A stretch of DNA of 64,000 nt from Octopus vulgaris. Lineage: Eukaryota. Below, piece after piece: positions 45,861 through 59,772 of the stretch. Position 1 is the first letter of the stretch. Each line of letters begins with the position of its first letter. Below the pieces are notes generated by a model. That model was not told the DNA's origin and did not search any database. It worked only from the letters and a program-made list of their open reading frames with translations. Location: assembly GCA_951406725.2 (NCBI GenBank), contig OX597831.1:13640001-13704000 (forward strand), read 5' to 3'. The translations under genes and the position numbers were made by a program.

Positions 45861-46345
45861 AATGCGAAGACTAATTTCTGTGTGTCAGTGTGTCATACTT
45901 TGGACCCCTCTCTCACTATTCAGTGATAATTCTACTAATGCTCATGTTGGGGGTGAGAATAGTAATAGGCATAAAGATGAGGAGGGTGGTGGCAAAGATA
46001 GAGAGAGAGAGTGAACGTAAAAGAGAGGGAGAAAAGAGAGTAAATGAAATTTAGGGAGAGTTGATGATGTTTTATTAAATGTAGTAGTGTTGATGGTGGA
46101 GGCGTCTGAATGGTGTGTCCATGGCAGATGTGGTGGCGATGGTGATGGTACACTTGTTTATCATGCAGCTTTGCAATAAGTTCCAAGTCGAGAAATCGTA
46201 TCGTTGTTTTGATGAAAATTGGTCGTTGCTTGAAAACTATTGTTCACGTTGAATAAAATTTAATATGTACTCAATGGATGAAGTGTCATTGATGGACCCA
46301 GGGCCTGATGAAGAGCCCTCAACTAGAGCTAGCTTTTAAGCTAGC
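45855..46345 (+). mobile_element. Possible third Helitron-like element
   Basis: TATAATAAA..TCTGTGTGTC start; hairpin AGGGC..GCCCT followed by CTAG near 46324-46345. Confidence 0.35.
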
Positions 46346-46374
46346 ATATGTGTGTGTGTGTGTGTGTGTGTGTT

Positions 46375-46622
46375 GAGGCGCATGGCTTAGTGGTTAGGGT
46401 GTCAGAATCATGACCGTAAGATTGTGGTTTCGATTCATGGACCGGGCGACACGCAGTGTTCTTCAGCAAAGCACTTCATTTCACGTTGCTCCAGTCCACT
46501 CAGCTGGCAAAAATGAGTAACGCTGCGATGGACTAGCGTCCCGTCCAGCTGGGGAACACATACGCCATTGAAAGCGGGAAATTGGGCCCATGAGCATTGC
46601 TAGGCTTTAAAAGGGCGCATTT
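46375..46622 (+). mobile_element. tRNA-derived SINE family D (V-SINE-like central domain)
   Basis: A-box TGGCTTAGTGG; B-box GTTTCGATTC; CTGCGATGGACTAGCGTCCCGTCCAG. Confidence 0.8.
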
Positions 46623-47143
46623 ATATATTTTACATATATGTGTGTGTGTGTGTACACACATATACGCGTGTGTGTGCGCCCGTGCACGCGTGTGTGTGCA
46701 TTCATACTTCTCGCAGCCCAAAGTGTGAAGACAGAACAATATCGCTATGCTAAACCAACAGATACCTGTAGCATTTTACTGTAATACTAAAACATTATTG
46801 CTACCACCTACACTGTTCAAATATTCAACTAACGCAACTTCTATGGAGACACGGCAAAACCAACACAAATGCAGCAAACAGATAAACATAACAGAATAAA
46901 TAAAATATAATAACATATATTTTTCGATCCTCATTCAATAATATTGGTTAAAAACAAACGCAAAAAAGTTACAATATTAAAATAAAACGACGCATAAACA
47001 CAAAAATGAAAATTTATAAGCAAAGACGAATAATTCACTTTTATGATATATTTAAAAAAAATATATAACAATACTTTTTAAAAGGAATAATGAAATGTAA
47101 ACTGTGATAAAGTTTGTCGTATATATACAAATGTGTGTGTGTG

Positions 47144-47175
<32 letters not shown>

Positions 47176-47221
47176 TGTATGTATGTATGTATGTATGTAT
47201 GTATACATGTATGTATACATA

Positions 47222-47289
<68 letters not shown>

Positions 47290-48939
47290 ATGAACATACT
47301 CACGCTCTGATACACACACAGATATGTAAGTATATACATAGCGGAGAGTTTAACTCTTGGTTCTAATTAAATCAATAAACAGAATATACATACATATACA
47401 CAAAGATACACATCTACACACACATGTATATATATATATAGATAGATAGATACATACATACATAGACAGATAGATAGATGGATAGATAGATATGTCACTA
47501 TGCATACATACGTACATATATATGTACATGTACGTATGCATTTACATATATGTATATGTCTGTGTAATGCAATGTAAGCCACTGAGTATCTTGAAGCTAA
47601 AATGCAGATCAGCCATTCAAGAGGGGTCGACAAAAAACAAAACAAAGAAAACAAAACAAATACCAAATAAAATTGATAAGTACTGGTGTTGTTACTGGAT
47701 ACGAACAACTAAATTGTGCCCCAGTCTGGCCGCAGTCCAACAACTCTTATTCCTTTGTTTTTGTTATTTACAAACGAATCAGGGCGGCGTAACTGCAAAC
47801 GATTTTTCCCGATACGTAGATAAATGTACACTTGAAGTCCTTGAACGTCTGTTACGTGTCCAAGATTGTTTGGAGGAATGAGTGTTACATTTCAACTGGT
47901 GACCTGTTGCGATCCGATTACTTGCAGGAGAACGGACACCATTTAAGAGGCCCAACGATCTGGTGGTTCGTATTAAACCACGCAATGGATTAAGTTCACT
48001 ACACGAGAAATGCAAGTGTCACGCTAGTGAGCTTCTTCACAGCTTCCATCTACCTAATATCATTCGTAAGAAATTTAGTAGATTTGTGTTTATGGGAGAA
48101 GACACATAACATAATACAGTGAGATCGAACCCGAAATCACGTGGTTGCTGAGTGAATCATTAACCACATTGCTATGTTTCAATAATTCCATCTATCAGAA
48201 CAACAAAAAGATACTGGAAAGAATTAAACTCGAGAACAAGCTATCGAACTAAAATAGCCGGACGACGGGGAGGTACTTACAAAGCTGTTGGTTCATAGAT
48301 CTAAAAAGACCAGGTGAATGTCCTAAATGTGGAAACCCTTTTCCTCCTGAGCACTAAATAAATACTAAACTACCCAACCTTTACACTCTAATGGCTTTCG
48401 GTGGCGTATTTTGTGTTAAATATACCGATCATTTTATGCCAGTTGTGTAAAACATCGTCCAAGTACTTCGTCTTGCTCTTGTCAGTACTTTCTGCTGTAT
48501 AAAGAAGCTTCTGCTTTGCTGAGAAACTCTAATAAGGCTGAAACATATCCTTTAAACTCTGATTATTCTCAGGGATTCATTATTTTGCTTTCAATATACT
48601 AATTTTATACGCCGATCTTGTAAAATATTGTACGAGTACTTAACAGTCTTCCGTTTCTAGTTCCGGCAATATGAAGAAGTCTGTGCTTTGGTGAGAAACT
48701 CAAATATGACGGAATCGTTTCGGGACTTGCCATCCGTAATTGCTGAAATGATGAAAATAATGTTTGTTCTTTGACTCGTTACTTTGAAATCTCTTTTGCG
48801 CAGTCAGATGTCACTTTACGTGGAATGAAACAATGCAGTTATGAATAAGAAGAGCTGATATCAATGAATTGCGAGACTTCACATTTCTAGCATCACTCCT
48901 TCATAGTCAACCAATGAACTTTTCACCTCACCCTCGTAA

Positions 48940-49170
48940 TAATCCTTTCTACTGTAAGCAAAATTACTGACATTTTAGGAGAGGATAGTTTTGACGATCA
49001 CAGTGACCCCCAGTGGTTCTTCTTCCATCGTCCGCAAAGGGTTGAATGCCGATGTCCATCTCGCTGAAATTTCAACTCAGTCTGAATGCTAGACTTGAAG
49101 AGACACCGCTAAGCATTTTGACCGGCGCAATAACGATTCTGTCAGTTTGCAACCTTTTTGATGATAATGA

Positions 49171-49218
<48 letters not shown>

Positions 49219-49242
49219 CACTACCACCACCAACAACAACAA

Positions 49243-49309
<67 letters not shown>

Positions 49310-50045
49310 GCTGCTGCTACTGCGGCTGCTACTACAACAAATAATAATAATAATTAAGGCGGCGAGCCGGCAGAAACGTTAGCACGCCGAGTGAAATGTT
49401 TAGCACTATTTCGTCTTCCGTTACGTTCTGAGAGGTCGACTTTGCCTTTCATCCTTTCGGGGTCGATAAAATAAGTACCAGTTACGCACTGCGGTCGATG
49501 TAATCGACTCAATCCGTCTGTCTGTCCTTGTTTGTCCACTCCGTGTTTAGCCCCTTGTGAGTAGTAAAGAAATATATTATTATTATTATTATCATTATTT
49601 CTTTATTACCCACAGGGTACTAAACATAGAGGGGACAAACAAGGACAGACAGGGGGATTAAGTCGATTACATCGACCCCAGTTATTAACTGTTACTTATT
49701 TAATCGACCCCGAAAGGATGAAAGGCAAAGTCGACCTCGGCGGAATTTGAACTTAGAACGTAATGGAAGACGAAATAGTGCTAAGCATTTCAACCGGCGA
49801 TGCTAACGTTTCTGCCGGCTCGCCGCCTTAATTATTATTATTATTTGTTGTTATAATAAAAATAATAATAATAATAATAATTTCTAACTTTGGCACAAGG
49901 CCAGAAATTTCGAGAGAGTGATCACCTGGTAGTATGAGAATCAAAGTCGACCACGGCGGAATTTGAACTTGGAACGTAAAACCGAAAGAAATGCCGCTAG
50001 CCATTGTGGTCCAGCACGTTAACAACATCTGCAGCTCGCCACCTT
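48940..50045. mobile_element. Cluster of four SINE B copies including an inverted tail-to-tail pair
   Basis: 48940-49157(-), 49356-49574(+), 49596-49829(-), 49880-50045(-). Confidence 0.88.
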
Positions 50046-53000
50046 AATAACAATGATTACCATCATGTAGATGATAGTGATGATGGTGATGATGATGACG
50101 ATGACGATGACGATGACGATGATGATGATGCAATATTAACCACTTTTATTTGCTTTAAGCTGAACAAATGGACAAAAGTTAAATTCTTTTTATTTCTTCC
50201 GTTGATGTTTTTAATTCGCTTTTATCTTCCCTCTTTCCTTTTTTCTTCTTTCGTAATTTCTTGTTCCTCTTATAAACCATTGAAATGAAGTGCCCGTTGA
50301 GTCTCCAATTTAAGAGAGGTAATTAAGACAATCTTAATTACCAAGAAGGTATTTAATTGCTGACTTGGGTCGTTCTATCTAATCTAGCAGACCATTTCAT
50401 TGCTACTAAAAAGTTGGCAATCGTTCTCTCATTTTATTTCCACTCACATCATTGAGGTTCGATTTCTAAACAATCATAAAAATCGATAGGTGGCTGGGTG
50501 GGGCTAGAGTCGAGATGAGTCTTGGTCTTTCTGTTATTGTTGTTCTTGCTGTTACCGTTATTACACTGCTACTGTTGTTGTTGTTATCGATGATGATGAT
50601 GATGCTGTTGTGGCTGTTGTGGTTGTTGCTGTTACTGTTTTTCTTGTGTGTTACTGTTGTTGTAATTGTGGTTGTCGTCACTATTATTGTTTCGTCTGTT
50701 TTGTGCCTGTTGTTTTTCTTCTGGTTGTTGTTGCGCTTATTGTTGCTGTCTCTCATGCTGCTATCGATGCTGCTGTTGTTGTAGTTGCAGCTATTGTCGA
50801 TGTTGTTGTGGTTGTTGCCCCAGGCCAGCAGGAATATGATCAATACCGTCCCATTCTTGGCCATCCCGTCTCCATTGTCCAATATATAGATTATGCAACC
50901 CAATGTGTTTTCTTTATTTAGGACATTTTGAGCAGGGATTGTGGTTCTGCTGCTATTTGTAGCAGATGGATCGGCCTTATAGAGGTGCCCTTGGCTAACT
51001 CAGTCGGTAGAGTAGAACGGGACACTCCGTCGTAAATGATATGTGAGAATCTCAACGTAGTTGTTAGAAAGAGTGATCAAAATCCCTCTGAAATCACAAA
51101 GGAAAGTTATACTCGGCTGTTAAGTCTGACATAATGTACTTCAGAAAATGCAGGATGGGTATGGCCTGAATGCCGATCCGATCGATCATGGATACCTGTG
51201 GCTACACAACAAAGACTGTGAGGAATATCAATATGGTTACATGACATGTAAAAAAAATAGCAGCCAAATCTCAGTCGACTTATACCTTACCGTCGAATAA
51301 AAAAACACATTAGATATTGCAAATCTAACTGTTCTAAATTGTCCGAAGAAAAGAATATGAAGGACGATCACAGATTTATCGCCTTTGGTCTTGCGTATAC
51401 TTGGAGACCTAGGGTTAAATACTAACAAAACAGCACTATACCATTGACGAGAGTTTAATTAACGGGTAATGATATAATGTTGATACACTGCACAATGATG
51501 TGATCTTAGTTGAACCCCTTAAAGCTTTGTTGGTTAAGGATCTCACTATTATTACAAACGTATTTTGTTTTTCAATTCGTTCAATAGAGAAAGATGAAAT
51601 ATTAATTATTTGCTAAGATGTTAGATTTAAATAATATTAGACATTCTAAGCACGAATAAGAGACAGAAAATAGCAATCGTACCACTGAGTGGGTGCGAAC
51701 CTCGTCTCTGCTCGTTGGCTGTGATCACATAACTGTGTTACCAATACAGAGCACCAGCTTTCACTTTAAAACTATAAATTTTTCTGCTATCTTAAACGTA
51801 GTATTATGCATCCACATTATAATTCGTCGGTCGTATCTACTTGCATAATATATGTGTTTATAGAAAGTCCATACCTAATGTAAAGCCCATGAAAACAAAG
51901 AAAGAATAACAGAGTCAACACACCCTCCTGTACAAAACGCGGTAAAGAATTTCGTATTCATAACCACAAAACATTTTCCAGTTGACTATAAATAACATTA
52001 GTTCTTTAACAGGAATAATACAAACGTCAGCTGTAACTGAAATTGGAAAGGAAATTATGTCCTCCTAAATATTACCAACAAAATTAGATATAATTGAAGA
52101 ACAGTAAAACATTGTCCGATGAAGGATAATTGCTTCAAAAAAGAAAATAATAAAGTATCAGCGATGTTTGGTAAAAAATGCATATACAGATGACTAACTA
52201 ACGGATATTTAATGTTAGGTATGCATAGCACTTAATATCTTTATATAACCTATGCAGAAGAATTTAACATCGTTATAATAGCATATTTGGAACATGCTGA
52301 GGACTAATAGATAGTGCCACCCCTAAGTAGATTGTTTTGAAAAGTGACCACTATTCGAAACATTATAACGTTGTGTGCTTATATTAATACATGGTATGAT
52401 TTCCTCACATAGGCATAAAAACTAAATCTAGTTACAGACTGCATAAATAACGAATGTGTAGCAATGTGGAAAGACAGCAAATTGGCTGCAAGTAATGAAC
52501 AACAGTTATGCCTTCTCCGCAGAATAGTTGTAATCAACTGCAATGTTCTATTACTATAAACGACCAAAACAGGCTGAATTAAGACAAACTAAAGCGCAGA
52601 GTTAACAATCGACACAGTAATTAAAAAAAAATATAATCATTTGAACATCTCACATAGTCATAAAGAAAAACCGTACAGTATGAATCTCGACTAATAATAA
52701 AAATCTCCTAAAAAATATATTAAAATACATTATGGACATTGTACAGAACACAAGCTGGCAATTTTCTTTAGAAACCATCAATTTTGTATGTATCGCATAT
52801 GTGAAGCGTTTCGATATGAGTGCGTTTGTGTGTGTGTATATGTGTGTGTCTTTATATGTGTGTGTACAAACATAGAGGTAGGCATTACAGTGTGTTTAAT
52901 ACACTCACTTTTTAACAACGGAGCTTCGGGTTGAGTCCTATTGTAGGAAATTCCGCTGCACACATGTAGGCGAGGGTGGGTGTTTTATGTATATTAATGG

Positions 53001-53049
53001 GGGCGTGTTCGGGTTTCTCTTTCATCGTTTGTCAACCGTTGTCTTTCAT

Positions 53050-53428
53050 TTTTTCTTTTACTTGTTTCAGTCATTAGACTGCGGCCATGTATAATTATTA
53101 GTCGAACGGATCGATACCAATACTTATATTTTGAAGCCTTGGAAATATTTTATCGGTCTTCTTTGCCGAACCGCTAGCTTCCTGGGACGCAAACACAAAC
53201 ACACCAACATCAGTTGTCAGGCGATGATGGGGGAATAAAGACAGACACTGACACACACAGACACATACACTTACACGCACGTGTGTGTGTATGCACAACA
53301 GTTTCTGTCTACCTAATCCACTCACAAGGCTTTGGTCGGCCCGAGGCTATAGCAGAAGACACTTGCCCAAGGTGTCACGTAGTGGGACTGAACTTGGAAC
53401 CATCGTGTTGAGAAGCAAGCTTCTTACC
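53050..53428 (-). mobile_element. SINE family A
   Basis: Colinear with 18808-19192. Confidence 0.87.
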
Positions 53429-53689
53429 GCTGTGATGCATGTAACGGTTGATCATAAGTCATAAGGTTTCGAGTGGGACGAATGGCTAGAAAGTCGGATA
53501 AAATGCCATACAGGGTTTTTTCCGCTCCCCTGCGTTCTGAGTTCAAATTCTATCGAGCAGAAAAGTGTTCTTCATCTTTGCAGGGCATATCTCGTGACAT
53601 TGTTCTCCAGAACTTTAAGAAAGACAGGTTCATCCAGACTGGACGTGTCCCGGATCACAGCTTTTCTCAGCATCTCACTTAGAACTAAA

Positions 53690-53747
<58 letters not shown>

Positions 53748-54695
53748 AAATAATATTCTTTTCTACTTTAGATACAAGGCTGGAAATTTTAGGGGAGTGG
53801 GGCCACAGAATTACATGGACCCCAGCATTCTACTGGTACTTATTCTATCGACCTCGAAAGGATGAAATTCAAAGTCACCCTCGGAACTAATTAGCTAACA
53901 TTAAAGCCTTTACGTGGTGGCTCGATCTGCTAGAAAGAACCGCGGAAATCTCTCTCGACTCATCTTTTACCATGATAAAAAAGAAAAGACGCACATTAGT
54001 TAATGTTGGTCTAGATATTACATAAAAGACGAGATGGCCATGGATGGCATGCATTTCATCAAAGACGTGTTGTTGTTGTTGTTGTTGTTCTATCGGGACA
54101 ACAACAACAACAAGATCAACCACAGAAACAACAAGAACAATATAACATTGTAATATATTCTCCAAGTTGACATTCCGGATCGTTCAGACGGAAAGAGGAA
54201 AAAGACATTTTGTTATTTATTTATTTAGTTCACCTGTTTCGTGTAATCGAACAGTTCAAGCAACGCAAATCGATTTCTAGAATACATTCCAGAATTCATA
54301 AATTCTTCTTGGAGTAACTTATTCGCAAATATGCATCGGGAAGTGATCGATACATAGCAATGCAGACGGCGTACGGCGGCAGACAATATGGAATGTTGTC
54401 GACAACGATGGTGGTGGTGGTGGTGGTAGTGGTGGTGACGTTGGCGGCGCTGGTCCTGGCGGCGGCGGTAGTAGTGTTGGTGGTGGTGGAGGCGGTGGCG
54501 GCGGCGGTGATGGTTGTGTGGTCGTTTTTCGGTCATTCGAAGCTGGAGTGGTTTGCACACGTGATCTGCAGTATCCTTTACCGCCATACTTCGCTTCTCA
54601 TTATTTTTTTTATCTTCAATCATTCACAGACCAGTGCACATATGCAAACTGGCGTAAACACATGTACACACAGACAAACTGACACGCATACGCAT

Positions 54696-54734
<39 letters not shown>

Positions 54735-54870
54735 TACACACACACACAAACACACACATATGTGAACCCCTTTCTCCCAGGTCCAGCAACTGAAAATAAA
54801 TAAATAAAAATCAAACCAACATTACCGAAGTTGAAAAAAGTGAGAACACTGGTCTCGAACACTGGTCTTC

Positions 54871-54962
54871 ACTGGCCTCGAACTGGCCTCGAACTGGCCT
54901 CGAACTGGCTTCGAACTGGCCTCCAACTGGCCTCCAACTGGCTTCGAACTGGCTTCGAACTG
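54871..54962. repeat. 11-bp tandem repeat (ACTGGCCTCGA), about 8 units
   Basis: Directly visible. Confidence 0.93.
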
Positions 54963-55149
54963 TTTAAACCTTTTCACAGGCTAACCCCGTATGCCTTTTT
55001 GTCTCATTTCAAATAAAAGAAAGCATTTGTCATGGCCTTTATAGGAACTTCGCAACTGGGAGAAAAAAGGGAGACAGGGGGAGATAATCCTCAAAGTAGA
55101 TGCTTGACCGGGTCGCTTATAACAGTGGACTCTGATAAACTTCGTCAAG

Positions 55150-55248
55150 ATGCAAGGTTATTACAGATATAAAAGTAGTAGTAGTAGTAGTTGTTGTTGT
55201 TGTTGTTGTAGTAGTAGTAGTAGCAGCAGCAGCAGTAGTAGTAGTAGT

Positions 55249-55280
<32 letters not shown>

Positions 55281-55440
55281 TAGAAGTAATGGTAGTAGTA
55301 CTAACGGTAGTTGTAGTAGTAGTAGCTGTAGTAGTAGTAATAGTTGTATAAGTAGTTGTAGTTGTTGTAGTAGTAATGGTAGTAGTAGTAGTAGTAGTAG
55401 TAGGAGGAGGAGGAGGAGGAGGAGTAGTAGTAGTAGTAGT
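55150..55440 (+). repeat. Compound (AGT/TGT/AGC/AGG)n microsatellite
   Basis: Directly visible. Confidence 0.93.
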
Positions 55441-55714
55441 CCCCTATGCAATAGTTTCACACACGCGCAAACAGATGCACAACGGACACGCACCCTATAT
55501 ACAGCAGTCATATACAAATGTACAAACGTACAGACACACCATACACACATATCTACCACTATACAATCTGCTACCCACAAACCCCACACCCATACACATG
55601 CACCCCACCCTTGGTAGTTTCCTCTACTCAATACTCAAGCGAGAGCAAAGAACTTATCAGGCCGGAAAGAAAGCCTTGTCACATTTTAAACGTTTCTTTG
55701 CTCTCATCGTTTAT

Positions 55715-56200
55715 CTTTTCTTTTACTAGTTTCATTTATTTGACTGTGGCCATGCTGGGACACCTCCGTCACGGGTTCTACTCGAGCGAATCGACCTTAG
55801 TACTTTAAAAACAAAAAGAAAGTATGTTATTTATTCTAACGGTCTCTGTTGCTGAACCGCTCAGTTACGAGGATGTGAACATACCAGTACCGGTTATCAA
55901 CGGTAGTGGTGGAGAAACACAGACACAAAAACACACACACGAATAAGAACATATACAGGGTTGGCCAAAAGTCACCTGACAGTAAATGAAAACTATTTAA
56001 TTCCAAGGTTTGTTTATGTTTAAAAGATGAAAGAATTTAATAAAAGCATCTAAATATGAAACATCATGGAAATTGGTCAAATTCAAGTCCTTCTTAAGTA
56101 ACACATTTTTCCATTCGAGTCAATACAGAATTACAGATAGTATTTATGGAATTTTGATTTACTGTCGGGTGACTTTTGGCCCACCCTGTATATGTGTACG

Positions 56201-56241
<41 letters not shown>

Positions 56242-56272
56242 ATATATATATATATATAAATATATATTTGGG

Positions 56273-56315
<43 letters not shown>

Positions 56316-56460
56316 CTCACACGCTCACACACACACAGACGCACACAAACATAGATATATATATGACGGGCTTTGTTCAGTTTCCCTTCTAAATCCATTC
56401 CAATGCTTTGGCCATGCCGACGTTAAAATAGAAGACATCTGACCGAAGTGTCACGCACCT
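55715..56460 (-). mobile_element. Diverged SINE family A split by a MITE in its central microsatellite
   Basis: 3' half at 55715-55925; 5' part at 56363-56460. Confidence 0.72.
55956..56188. mobile_element. Tc1/mariner MITE (233 bp)
   Basis: TA|CAGGGTTGGCCAAAAGTCACCTGACAGTAAAT...ATTTACTGTCGGGTGACTTTTGGCCCACCCTG|TA; ~32-bp TIRs with a core shared with the DD41D-like element. Confidence 0.93.
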
Positions 56461-56649
56461 CGGTCTCGGTGAGGCTAAAATCGGCGTATTGTGGTGTGGA
56501 GGTAAACTTCTCACCACATATCTGCCCCTGTACCAAAATGAGTTTAACAGGAATGAATGTAATATTTAATCCAGATAATATTTCTCCTAATTTTAAGATA
56601 TCTATTTATGCGGCAACGTGTTCATCCTTCGGTTACAAAATGTCTTCAG

Positions 56650-58060
56650 GTTTCGAAGTAAATAAATAATTTTTAACTTCCTCACAAATGGTAAAACTAT
56701 TTTCCTTTTAAATAATGTTGCAATGATCCAAAAAGATGATCGTCAGATGGCGCTAGATCGAGGAGATGAAGGAGGCTGAGACAAACCTTCCATATTTAGT
56801 GGCATAATACTTTCCTTGCTGAAAGTGGTCTTGCATTATCTTGTCAGGACAAAACTCTTTTATGATTGTCCACCGATGGGAGTGTTGCAATATTTTTGTG
56901 CATTGCTTCAAATTAACTATTTCTTTACTATCCACAAGGGTCTAAACACAGAAGGGACAAACAAGAATAGACAAACGGATTAAGTCGAATACATCGACAC
57001 CAGTGCGTAACTGGTACTTAATTTATCGACCCCGAAAGGATGAAAGGCAAAGTCGACCTCGGCGGAATTTGAACCCAGAACGTAACGGCAGACGAAATAC
57101 CTATTTCTTTACTACCCGCAAGGGGCTAAACACAGAGGGGACAAACAAGGACAGACAAACGTATTAAGTCGAATACATCGACACCAGTGCGTAACTGGTA
57201 CTTAATTTATCAACCCCGAAAGGATGAAAGGCAAAGTCGACCTCGGCGGAATTTGAACTCAGAACGTAACGGCAGACGAAATACCGCTAAGCATTTCGCC
57301 CGGCGTGCTAACCTTTCTGCCAGTTCGCCACCTTTGCCAAAGTTATGGGATGTAAACACACCAATGTGCTTCAAATTAACGACATTAGTTTCGCATTAAC
57401 TGTTTTCGTTTTGGTTTAACACTTCATCACAGACGACAGCCCATATATTCCACCAAAACAGAGCCTAACTTTTATTCTGGTGTCGTCTTGGTTTGGGAAT
57501 GGATTCGTCTGTTCCATTGGATGCTAATCCTTGTCGTTTCCGTTGGACATGATTGCAGAAAGGACCCCCTTCTCATCACTTGTACACATTCTACCCAAGA
57601 ATGCTGCAGTGACAAGTCTACTTTCCAATGACAAGCAGAGAAAACTTCATTAAGTTGATGAGGAGTCAGACGTCACCTGGCCAAGCTAGAGGCACCTAAA
57701 GCTCCGGAAGAAGTTTTATGACCAAAGTGTGACTCGGATTCAACTGCTTTGTTAATTCTTGTGGAGTTTGTTTTAGATTTCCTTGAACTATGGTTCCAGA
57801 AGGTCAATATCCCGAGATTGCTATCACGTGGGAAATCAGTGGGTGAGAAATTTCCCGAGAGAAACTAGTTAAACCATCGTTGGATGCTTAAAGCTTTGTT
57901 TCCATTGAGAGAACGAATATTTCTTGCCGTTTCAATTGCTGTTTTGATCCCGTTTCGCATTGATTCAATATGCAACCTAAACTCTTTTTGAAGGGTAAAA
58001 TCGATATTGATTAACCACCATGGCATAAATTAATTTGTAAAGAAAGACGAAAATGTAGAA
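56650..58060 (-). mobile_element. Old mariner transposase relic interrupted by two tandem SINE B copies
   Basis: TAIETARNI..QRWF (HTH); FLGRMCTSDEK; FWWNIWAVVCDEVL; QDNARP; DLAPSDDHLF. Confidence 0.78.
56918..57333 (-). mobile_element. Two tandem SINE family B copies
   Basis: 56918-57100 and 57101-57333 are near-identical to each other and to 49596-49829. Confidence 0.92.
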
Positions 58061-58069
58061 TGCAAAAAA

Positions 58070-58435
58070 TAGGCGTAGGCGTGGCTATGTGGTAAGAAGC
58101 TTGCTTCTCAATAAAATGATCCTGGGTCCAGTCTCACTGCGTGGCACTTTAGGCAAATGTTTTCTACTATAGCCTCTGACCGACCAAAGCCTTTGTGAGT
58201 GGATTTGGTAGATGGAAACTGAAAGAAGCCTGTCGTATACACACATACACACACACACACACACATATATACGTGTGTGTGTGTGTGTATCAATCGGTCT
58301 TCGGCAAAAGTGACTCTAGTATAAGTACCAGGCTTTAAAAAACAAGTCCCGGGGTCGGGTTGTTCGACTAAAACGCATCAAGGCGATGCCCCTGCATGGG
58401 CACAGTCAAAACAATTAAAAGAAACAAGTAAAAGA
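58070..58435 (+). mobile_element. SINE family A
   Basis: AGGCGTAGGCGTGGCTATGTGG head; GAAACAAGTAAAAGA tail. Confidence 0.87.
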
Positions 58436-58873
58436 TTTTTAAAATATGATAACGCTTATTTGAGCGGAGGAATAGAAAACGTACCGTCTGAACGGTCATA
58501 TAAAAACCGCAACAATCTCATACACACATCTGTCACACAACCAAACACTCGTGTATACAAACTCTGTGCAAATATGATTGGAGCTTTCTACTCTCTCCCT
58601 CTCTCTCTATCTCTATCATACACACACACACGCTCACACACAAACACAAGCAAATAAATACTCCCGCACAAACTGATACAAAAGATACAAACACACCGAC
58701 TACAAAACTCCACCTACAAGCAAAGGCACTCACGCTAACACATTTGGAATAGATACTCGTGCAGAGTACACATACACACATACACGCAAGCATCTGTCAT
58801 ACAGTCAGCACTCACATGACATGAACATATACTCAATAACACACTATTCATATATATATATATAGACATACAC

Positions 58874-59002
<129 letters not shown>

Positions 59003-59269
59003 CATATATATATATATGCATAGATACATACACGCACACACGGATATATATATACATATCTTCCTACATACGTACCTACCTATCTACCTATATACATACA
59101 TACATACATACATATATGTATGTATATGTGCACATGTGTATGTATGTATAATTTCAATCAACTGCGCTCTCACATGTCCTTGTATAAAAGCAGCTGATCA
59201 CATGATTGATCACTGTCTACAGTTCCACTTCACTGGTTACCAATAGCGACAGAATCCTCAAACTAGAAC

Positions 59270-59770
59270 CAGGCGGATGTAAACAGATCATCATCACGAA
59301 AGGATTAATTCATTAATCTTTTAACGCTTGCAGCTTGTGAGAATCATGTGCGAAGGCAAAATACGAATCGCGAATGTTATTGAAACACGTTGGTCGTAAA
59401 GGGGAAGTTGTTGTCCCGTAACGAAACACAGTCAGAGTATTTACAGTATTCCCGTAACGAAACACAGTCAGCAGTCAGAGTATTTACCTCCAAATCCGCC
59501 GAAACGTACTTCATATAAATATGCAGTCCATTGATTTGATTCTCACTGTTTACGCTGTGGTTGTAGATATATTAATGGTTGGCAGATATCAGCAAGCAAT
59601 TTGCTTGCTGAAGTTATAAACGAGAGCCACGGGGTCTTGTGAAATTTGTTTTTGCGGGGAGGCTTTGCGCTTATGGATCGAATGTGTTGTAAACTCATCA
59701 CAGACAGAGTTTACGATATTAGTATAACCGCACGTCTACTGCCCTAACCACCGGGCCATTGCGCCTCCAC
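59270..59770 (-). mobile_element. Candidate SINE with a tRNA-like head and unusual body
   Basis: GGAGGCGCAATGGCCCGGTGGTTAGGGC head; ATTCGATCC at 59683-59675; 3' boundary uncertain. Confidence 0.45.
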
Positions 59771-59772
59771 AC

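Noticed and set aside
46300-46330. CTGATGA-A-GAG-CC-CTC resembling the HHR 5' half
   Set aside because: No GAAA or NUH follows; better explained as a terminal hairpin
46375-46450. Functional tRNA genes at SINE heads
   Set aside because: A and B boxes are present but there is no complete cloverleaf; they continue into SINE bodies
59415-59490. Two GAAAC-ACA-GTC motifs
   Set aside because: No CUGANGA partner nearby
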